This document shows, piece by piece, positions 57,362 through 64,000 of a stretch of DNA of 64,000 bases; positions within the stretch are counted from its first letter, which is position 1, and every line of letters begins with the position of its first letter. Made by a program: the position numbers and the translations under genes. The notes under the pieces are model-generated. The model was not told the DNA's origin. It saw nothing but the letters and a program-made list of their open reading frames with translations, and did no database searches. The DNA comes from a bacterium (GTDB lineage: Bacteria; UBA8248; JACPRG01; G963555815): assembly GCA_965218795.1 (NCBI GenBank), contig OZ244653.1, positions 4,736,001 to 4,800,000 on the forward strand. Reading direction: 5' to 3'.

Positions 57362-59086
57362 ATGGCGAAGCGTTCCGGGAAGCGGCAAAAGAAAGCCGCA
57401 TCGGTGGCCTCGGGCTCGAAGCGAAAGGAAGTCAACGAGTTTCTCGGCCGAATTCTTGATTCCCTCAAACGGGATGATGGACTCCAGGAAGCCGGGGAGC
57501 TGGTCGCACAGCTGAAGGTTAGCGCCGGAAGTTACCTGCCTGCCTTGGTGCGGCGGATCGAAGAAGTCTCTGCCGCAGACCGGCGCGATCTGCTCGATCT
57601 GATCGCTCACCTGGAAGACCCCGACGCCGTCCCCTTTCTGGAAAAATTAATCTTCGAGGCGACCATTGACGTGGCCGCCAAGAAACGCTCCGCTGAAATT
57701 CTGGAACAGATGGGCCATCCCTTGGAAGTGGGCATGGCGGAATCCTTGAACCATGCCGAGTCCATCTTGCAGGGGATTGCAAATATGAAGTTCGAAACAT
57801 TTCACGGGTCGAGTCCTCTTTTTGTCAGATTCGTTCAGCTTCCTCCCTCTCTTCGTCAAGCGACGCTTCTGGAAATGGCCCGATCGGACCCCGACATGTC
57901 CCTCAAATTCATCGATCTCATGCAAAGCCGGGAAAACCGCCCACCTCCCGAGACGATTGAGGCTCTGGTGGCCTTGGGTAATCCCAAGGCCAAGCAAATC
58001 CTGGGGGATTATGCGGACGGAGACCTCGACCGAGAGACCGCGCGCTTGGTTCGCCGGGCCCTGTATCGACTGGAATCTCAGGGAATCCAGTCCGAGGGGT
58101 CTATGGAATTGGAAAAACCGGGGGGCTCGAAGATTTTTCGCCCGCTGGTCAATCCGCCTCAGGGGTTCATGAGCACGGTCGACCGAGGCGGTTCAAGGGT
58201 CGTATGGCTGGCAAAGCCGATCCCGGGGGGAGGACGCCTGTTGTTTCAGGCGATTGTGAATGATGAGCAGGGGTTGCTGGATTTTTCCGCCCTTGAAGTC
58301 AAGCTTCGCTCATTCCGCTCCTATGTGAAAGAGATTACACAAGAAGGGCGAGAGTTTCCGGTGGCGGAGATTCCGGCTTCCGAGGCGGCCGAGCTGATCC
58401 ATTCAGCTTACGGACTGGGCAGCGAACGGAAGATGGAGGTCCCCCAACAATATCCTCTGCACCAACGCCAGGTTGCAGAAATGGTGGAGGGAGCGGAAGG
58501 GGTGATCGACCGATTCGTGAACGAGGCTGCCAAAATGTCGGCCGAGGCGGTATCCCCGGAGGATATGAAGGGGCTTCTGGATCAACCGGTTTTTTCCACA
58601 TGGGGTTTTGGAGAGAAAGAGGTCGCATCCTATGTGGACGATATGAAGGAAGTGTTGGAGAGCCGGCTTGTCGTCAGCAAGAGCGCCCGACAGGAACAAC
58701 TCGATAAAGTGTGCAAAAAGGCGACCACCGAGCTATTCCAATCGGAGCGTTTGGGAAGGTTCAAAAAACGGCTTGAGGCGTCGGCTTACGTCCTGTTGAA
58801 GACGGATCAGGAGGAGTCTGCGCGGTTCGCTCTGGCGGTCTCGGAAAGTCTAGGGAATCTGGAAGGAGAGCCGGCAGAGCATCCTTTCCTTTATGAATTA
58901 ATCTTTCGGTCGCTCGTGGCTGAAGTGCCAAAGGAATTGCCGATGGAGGGCTCACCCTCCCGCCGGGGGGAGCAAGAGACCGCCGCTGACGAAGAACCGG
59001 AAGATCCCTCATTGATCATCACGCCGGGTGAAGCCCGCAGTCCGTCGGAGGCTGAGGGCGGCTCTCGAATCATCACGCCCGGCTGA
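57362..59086 (+). CDS. hypothetical protein with HEAT-like helical repeats
   Basis: LIAHLEDPDAVPFLEKL, ALVALGNPKAKQIL, RRALYRLESQGI; 574-aa ORF. Confidence 0.75.
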   Translation: MAKRSGKRQKKAASVASGSKRKEVNEFLGRILDSLKRDDGLQEAGELVAQLKVSAGSYLPALVRRIEEVSAADRRDLLDLIAHLEDPDAVPFLEKLIFEATIDVAAKKRSAEILEQMGHPLEVGMAESLNHAESILQGIANMKFETFHGSSPLFVRFVQLPPSLRQATLLEMARSDPDMSLKFIDLMQSRENRPPPETIEALVALGNPKAKQILGDYADGDLDRETARLVRRALYRLESQGIQSEGSMELEKPGGSKIFRPLVNPPQGFMSTVDRGGSRVVWLAKPIPGGGRLLFQAIVNDEQGLLDFSALEVKLRSFRSYVKEITQEGREFPVAEIPASEAAELIHSAYGLGSERKMEVPQQYPLHQRQVAEMVEGAEGVIDRFVNEAAKMSAEAVSPEDMKGLLDQPVFSTWGFGEKEVASYVDDMKEVLESRLVVSKSARQEQLDKVCKKATTELFQSERLGRFKKRLEASAYVLLKTDQEESARFALAVSESLGNLEGEPAEHPFLYELIFRSLVAEVPKELPMEGSPSRRGEQETAADEEPEDPSLIITPGEARSPSEAEGGSRIITPG

Positions 59087-59499
59087 TAGGTTCCGCATCC
59101 CCTATTTTGATATTTTCCCGCCACTCGATTTCGTGATCTGCGACAGGGGCGGGATGTAAAATCGTCCCTTCCCGCAGAGTGAACCGGTACGTAGATTGAA
59201 CCCCAAGTCCCAGGCCGAACGATAGATGGCCGAGGCGGTATTCTTGACTGCCGGGAAGTCGCCAAAATGGCCGCATCCAAGCAGTGAATCAAGTGTGTTG
59301 TATACCTCGTGGGGTGTGCAGGACTTGCTGTGGCGTCGATAGCGGCCCTCTGTGCCTGTCCGGCGCACTCGGTCTCGGTTGATGAATAAAGGTCAGCCGC
59401 TTCCATTTTGCTTGAGCGGGAGTCGCCCGTCTCGATGGGGTCGAATGACAGGGCTCCAGCCCGGGTGCGCTCAAATCAAGAGGTCACGAGAGGCGGGAC

Positions 59500-60237
59500 A
59501 TGAAGAAGGCCGTGATCCTGGCAGCCGGTCCGGGTAGCCGACTTCAGGATTTTGATCCTGAAGCGCCCAAGCCCCTGGTCGAGTTTTTGGGCGTCAACCT
59601 GCTGGAAAGACAACTTCGATGCCTGGCCTCCCTTGAACAAATCGGCGAGGTGGTCGTGGTGATCGGGTGCGCGTCGGAGGCTGTGAGAAAGTGGATTGAC
59701 GCTTCAGGCGGCTGGCGTTTTCTGCTGAGGATCGTAGAAAATCCCAAATGGGAATTGGGAAACGGGACCTCTTTGTCGGCGGCCACCGAAGAGCTGAAAG
59801 GAAGCCGTTTTTTCGTTTTGATGGTCGACCACATATTCGATCCCTTCACGTTGAAAGTGTTTGCAGAGCAGTCCAATCAAAGCCTGGCATTATCGGTTTT
59901 CGAAGGGAGCGGCGAACCTCTCGATCTGGACGAGGCCACCAAGGTCTGGGTGGATCATGAAGGTCTAGTCCGCCATATCGGGAAGGATCTGAAGCGTTTC
60001 ACCGGCGTGGATATGGGCCTCTTCTATTTGGATGATCGAATCTTCCCGGCGCTGGAATCTGCCTCTCATGAGGGCGACTACAGCTTGACGGGAGGAGTGA
60101 GGCACCTCATCGCACGGTTTTCTTTGCGTGCGGTTTCGACCCGGGACACCTGGTTTGATGTCGACACAAACCAGGATTATCGGAATGCGTTGCAGTATTT
60201 GACGTCCAAAGAGGCTTCAGAAGGGACCGTCCGATGA
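59500..60237 (+). CDS. NTP transferase (LicC/IPCT-like cytidylyltransferase)
   Basis: KAVILAAGPGSRL, PKPL, GNGTSL, MVDH, EATKV, GVDMGLF, WFDVDT. Confidence 0.85.
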   Translation: MKKAVILAAGPGSRLQDFDPEAPKPLVEFLGVNLLERQLRCLASLEQIGEVVVVIGCASEAVRKWIDASGGWRFLLRIVENPKWELGNGTSLSAATEELKGSRFFVLMVDHIFDPFTLKVFAEQSNQSLALSVFEGSGEPLDLDEATKVWVDHEGLVRHIGKDLKRFTGVDMGLFYLDDRIFPALESASHEGDYSLTGGVRHLIARFSLRAVSTRDTWFDVDTNQDYRNALQYLTSKEASEGTVR

Positions 60238-60249
60238 GTCCTGCGATTC

Positions 60250-61107
60250 TCAACGGCCGTTGTTCCACCCCGGCAGGCGGCCGGAGAAGACCTGAGGCAG
60301 ATCTTCGAGGGCGAAGCGAAGGCCGATCAAAAAGGGACCGAACTCCGCATATAAGGCGCTGGCCTCGTCGAAACGCATTTCATAGATGAGCTTTTTGTAC
60401 ACCGCCGGATCTTCTGCAAAGAGATAGACGCCCCATTCCCAGTCGTCGAATCCGATGCTCCCGGTAATGATTTGCTTGACCCGGCCGGCGTATCTCCGAC
60501 CCACCATGCCATGATCCCGCATCATGTGCTGGCGTTCTTCCATGGGGACTTGATACCAGTTCACGGATTCCCCCCGCTTCTTGTTCATCGGGTAGAAGCA
60601 CAGGTAGCGGTCGTCCGGCATCGGAAGGTAGAGTCGAGCGCTGACGCGCTCTTTTTGAGCGGCCATCTCAGCCTGCCACTTTTCTTTCCACACCTCGCTG
60701 TCCGGTTCAAGTTGGTCGTTGAGAAACTGCTCGTGGAGCTTTGCGGTCAACTCGTAGAGACCGAGTTCCACATAGGATAGGTATGAGTCCGTAATAGCGA
60801 GGTGTTCACTCAGACCGAGTCGGGAAAAGCCCAGTTCCACCTCGTTCAATTCGTCAAAGGTCGGTCGGAAATGGAGCAAGAGCAGATCCCCCTTGTGCCC
60901 CAATAGGCTGAAGATGGCCGTATCGCCTTGAGGGGGCTGGGCTGCCTGCCGCAGGTAATTCACCGCATCGGACGTGAGGCGCCGTTGATCCCGGGAGGGT
61001 AACAAGTTCCATGATGCCTGTTGCATCCGAAACACTTGGTGAAGCACGGCCCACCCTTCCAGTGTTTCCGGCGCCATTGCGCTCTTTTGAGGCTCATTCA
61101 CGGACAT
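60250..61107 (-). CDS. hemQ: coproheme decarboxylase (ChdC/HemQ, chlorite dismutase superfamily)
   Basis: APETLEGWAVLH, LGHKGDL, SYVEL, FYPMNKKR, NWY, MRDHGMVGRRY, GSIGFDDWEWGV, MRFDEASALYAEFGPF. Confidence 0.92.
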   Translation of the reverse strand: MSVNEPQKSAMAPETLEGWAVLHQVFRMQQASWNLLPSRDQRRLTSDAVNYLRQAAQPPQGDTAIFSLLGHKGDLLLLHFRPTFDELNEVELGFSRLGLSEHLAITDSYLSYVELGLYELTAKLHEQFLNDQLEPDSEVWKEKWQAEMAAQKERVSARLYLPMPDDRYLCFYPMNKKRGESVNWYQVPMEERQHMMRDHGMVGRRYAGRVKQIITGSIGFDDWEWGVYLFAEDPAVYKKLIYEMRFDEASALYAEFGPFLIGLRFALEDLPQVFSGRLPGWNNGR

Positions 61108-62179
61108 GATTTCTTTTGACTTCCTCTTTTGTTTGCACCCTTCCTTCAGCGGCTGAGGGCAAGGGTCCCTCGGACGGGCCGTCCGCGTCGGAGTCGCGCA
61201 ATACGTAGATGGGTTTGTTGAGGGTGCCATAATACACTCGTGCGATCAGCTCTCCCAAAAGGCCCATCAGGAGCAACTGAAATCCAACCACGATGAGGAG
61301 AACGCTCATCATCAGCAAAGGCCTGTTGCCGATGTCCGCTCCCGTAACCAGCTTGATGATCGTCAGGTAGAGGGAAATTCCCAGTCCCGCTGTCACTGTG
61401 ATCATTCCGACCCCGCCGAAAAGGCGGATGGGGCTCGCAGAGAAACTGAGAAAAAATTTGACGACCATCAGATCCATCAAAACGCGGAATATGCGCGTTG
61501 CGGAATATTTGGATTCACCATGGACGCGGGGGCGGTGATTCACCTCAACCTCCGCCACCCGGATACCCATCCATGAGGCCACCGCCGGGACGAACCGGTG
61601 CAGGTCCCCCCACAGTTCCAGATTCTTCACGACGTTCCGTCGATAGGCCTTCAGGGTGCAGCCGTAGTCTCGGAGCCGAACGCCGGTGACACGGGAGATG
61701 AGCCAGTTGGCCACTTTGGAAGGCAGGAGTCGGTTCCAGAACGCGTCCTTGCGGTTTTTCCTCCAGCCGCTGACAATGTCGTAATCTTTGATGAGGTCGA
61801 GCAATCGGGGGATATCCGCCGGGTCATTTTGTAAATCGGCGTCCAGCGTAACGACCACAGCACCTCTTGCCCGATCGAACCCCGCGGCGAGCGCCGCCGT
61901 CTGCCCGAAGTTGCGACGCAGATGCAGAACGGTCGTAACCGGGTCTCCGGCTTCAAACTCCTCCAGAATCTTCTCACTCCCGTCCTCGCTGCCATCGTTG
62001 ATGTAGAGGATCTCGTATGTGATCTGCATTGAATCCAGCGTCTCATGGAGTTGTGCATGGAGGGCTCGCAGGTTCTCCCGTTCGTTGAATAACGGGATCA
62101 CAACGGACAAATCCAGATCTGATGAAACCTGCCCGTCTTCGGATTGGCGTGTCGAGTCTCCAGCTTCGGCCAAGCTCAC
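61094..62179 (-). CDS. GT2 polyprenyl-phosphate glycosyltransferase (ArnC/GtrB-like)
   Basis: SVVIPLFNE, INDGSEDGS, RNFGQTAA, DADLQND, DYGCTLKAYR, two C-terminal TM helices. Confidence 0.93.
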   Translation of the reverse strand: MSLAEAGDSTRQSEDGQVSSDLDLSVVIPLFNERENLRALHAQLHETLDSMQITYEILYINDGSEDGSEKILEEFEAGDPVTTVLHLRRNFGQTAALAAGFDRARGAVVVTLDADLQNDPADIPRLLDLIKDYDIVSGWRKNRKDAFWNRLLPSKVANWLISRVTGVRLRDYGCTLKAYRRNVVKNLELWGDLHRFVPAVASWMGIRVAEVEVNHRPRVHGESKYSATRIFRVLMDLMVVKFFLSFSASPIRLFGGVGMITVTAGLGISLYLTIIKLVTGADIGNRPLLMMSVLLIVVGFQLLLMGLLGELIARVYYGTLNKPIYVLRDSDADGPSEGPLPSAAEGRVQTKEEVKRNHVRE

Positions 62180-64000
62180 CCTCTGATCTCCTGGCCCTTC
62201 GCGACCCCATTGGGGGAATTGCCATTCCGGCCCGCGATGAGTCGAAACAGGGTAACGAGCCGGATGGTCCCGGTTTGTTTCCGTTCGACACGGAAGATGT
62301 CCTCGCGCTTCCAGCTGGCGTAATGCAGACGCAGATCATCAGGGGGCTCCCGCCATTCGCCCACCATGACCAGCAATCCGTCCCGTTTCCGGTGTGCATC
62401 CGGAAGGCCTCGCTGGAATGAACTGATCGGTCGGTCTCCGATTCTTTTGATTTGCGCCGCCCCCAAAGGCTTTCCTTCGGGTCGCGTGTAAAAGGAGAGC
62501 TCCGCCGCGGTCATGGGATTGGTGGCCAGCAGAACCGTTTCTTCCCCCATTTGCTTCAGACTGAGGTTCACCCTCTTCCCCAAGCTCCGCCACCCAATGA
62601 CCTGTGCGGACGGATCCGTTGAGGGGAGTCGCTTGATGTCCAGCTTCCGGAGCAAGCCGATATTCAGTAGGAAAGTAGTTTGAATGAACCCCAGAAAGAT
62701 GACAAGACCGGCGAACTTGGCGAGGCGGAAGCTTTGAAAGTTCCTTCGGCGGAAGATCTCCGTCATGGCGCCAACCAGACAGATCCATCCTGGTATCCAA
62801 CCCGGCGCCCATTCGGTTTGAAATACGCCCAGAGCATGAAAGGCGATGGCCAGCCCCCCCATGACACCCGTTAGACAGGCCAAAGGAACATATTCTCTTC
62901 GTTCCTTCGGACTCCCCATCCAAGCCGCCCAGAGGGCGCCCCATGCAATGAGTACGGCCAGGGGGAGCGACAGGTGCACCATTGGCCAGACCACGATCAG
63001 CTTGAGCCAGTCGGTTTCCGCATCATTCAAGGAGGCGATTCCCTCAGATGGGGCGGTAGAATCCACTGCCGCAATCCACGGAACCATCATCAAACCAATG
63101 GCAAGGATCAACCCGATATAGGGAGCCAATCGATGGAAATGACGTCGTCCGCCGGGCGTGAATGCGAGATAGAGCCCGGTCAGCGGAATGAGAAGGAGAG
63201 CCGAAGAGTCCGTCCGTCCGGCAATCCCTACGCAGATGCCCCAGATCAACCAGAGCCATGAACCTTCTCCATCATTGCCGCGGCTCAGGACGTCCGCCGA
63301 TGCGAGGGCGCCGGTCCACAGAGTCAACAACAGCGTGACGCTGGACAGCCTGGCTCCGCCGAGCCCGAAGACGGGGGCGGCAAGTAGACCGAGCGCGGCA
63401 ATTGGAGCCGCCCACCGACTCCAGGGAAATATGCGTCGGGCCCAAAAATACAGGATTACGCTCGTCAATAGAGAGAGGAAGAGCGCCCCACACCGGACGC
63501 CCGATTCGATGTCGCCGAAGACGTGAGTCCCCATACCGGCCAATACTTCCAAAGGGGGATGGGTCAGCCAGTCCCATGCGGCGATGGAGCGCGATTTCTC
63601 CCAGTAGACCGCTTCTTGAGGGGACAGATCAGCCCAATGCGCATAGACTGCTCGGGCGCCGGTCCCGATCGCCAGCATGATGAAGCAGAGAGATCCCGGC
63701 GACCCGATTGTCCGTCTCCTGGCTTCGAGCATCGAATCTTCGCCGGTCCATCCTCGGAAGAGTCTTTGATCCAACGCTTTGAGGCCTGGTCGGAGAAGGC
63801 AGACGACTGTGAGAGCCAGAAGGATCCCGAGCACCGCTCCGGCCAATACGTCGGAGGGATAATGTTTCCCGTGAACAATGCGCGAAAGGCCGATGAGCCC
63901 CGCGAAGGGGAGCGAAATCCATAACGCCCTAGAGTAGAAGAGACCGAGCACGACGGCCTGTGCGAATGCATTGGCCGAATGCTCGGATGGCATCGCGAAA
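62176..64000 (-). CDS. PAP2 phosphatase-GT39 (ArnT-like) fusion; 5' end lies outside the window
   Basis: PSEHSANAF and SRIVHGKHYPSDV (PAP2 motifs 2 and 3) are in frame with DLSPQEAVYW...HPPL...ESGVR and many TM helices. Confidence 0.8.
   Translation of the reverse strand, partial: FAMPSEHSANAFAQAVVLGLFYSRALWISLPFAGLIGLSRIVHGKHYPSDVLAGAVLGILLALTVVCLLRPGLKALDQRLFRGWTGEDSMLEARRRTIGSPGSLCFIMLAIGTGARAVYAHWADLSPQEAVYWEKSRSIAAWDWLTHPPLEVLAGMGTHVFGDIESGVRCGALFLSLLTSVILYFWARRIFPWSRWAAPIAALGLLAAPVFGLGGARLSSVTLLLTLWTGALASADVLSRGNDGEGSWLWLIWGICVGIAGRTDSSALLLIPLTGLYLAFTPGGRRHFHRLAPYIGLILAIGLMMVPWIAAVDSTAPSEGIASLNDAETDWLKLIVVWPMVHLSLPLAVLIAWGALWAAWMGSPKERREYVPLACLTGVMGGLAIAFHALGVFQTEWAPGWIPGWICLVGAMTEIFRRRNFQSFRLAKFAGLVIFLGFIQTTFLLNIGLLRKLDIKRLPSTDPSAQVIGWRSLGKRVNLSLKQMGEETVLLATNPMTAAELSFYTRPEGKPLGAAQIKRIGDRPISSFQRGLPDAHRKRDGLLVMVGEWREPPDDLRLHYASWKREDIFRVERKQTGTIRLVTLFRLIAGRNGNSPNGVAKGQEIRG

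Noticed and set aside
58891-59406. 171-aa minus-strand ORF
   Set aside because: Overlaps the end of the HEAT-like gene, has atypical composition and no motifs.

Overview
GC-rich bacterial chromosomal segment. It contains mostly housekeeping and metabolic genes: kbl, a class IV aminotransferase, ectC, yebC, tsaC, purE, ridA, rarA, thiL, selB, selA, recJ, dacB, trpE, a queD-like gene, a fusA paralog, split transketolase, chdC/hemQ and envelope glycosyltransferases. A decayed mobile island at about 30.4-38.4 kb holds an IS1-like stub, higB with a destroyed higA-ImmA gene, three IS3-family copies and two tandem frameshifted tyrosine recombinases. The best candidate for an undescribed system is a four-gene cluster at 20.7-22.8 kb: two paralogous ferritin-like di-iron proteins with a swapped first-ligand position, followed by two small acidic proteins. 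Features missed or split by the ORF track include an AhpD-like CxxU selenoprotein with a SECIS-like hairpin, a complete Trp leader peptide and attenuator before trpE, nested REP-in-REP palindromes around a secreted ankyrin gene, an in-frame UGA in an NSS transporter, a deiodinase-like remnant beside selB, and a QueD/PTPS with Ser in place of the catalytic Cys. The many gene remnants and the secreted ankyrin protein suggest, by inference only, a host-associated lineage under erosion. No rRNA, tRNA or CRISPR array was recognised. All calls come from reading motifs by eye; no database searches were run.
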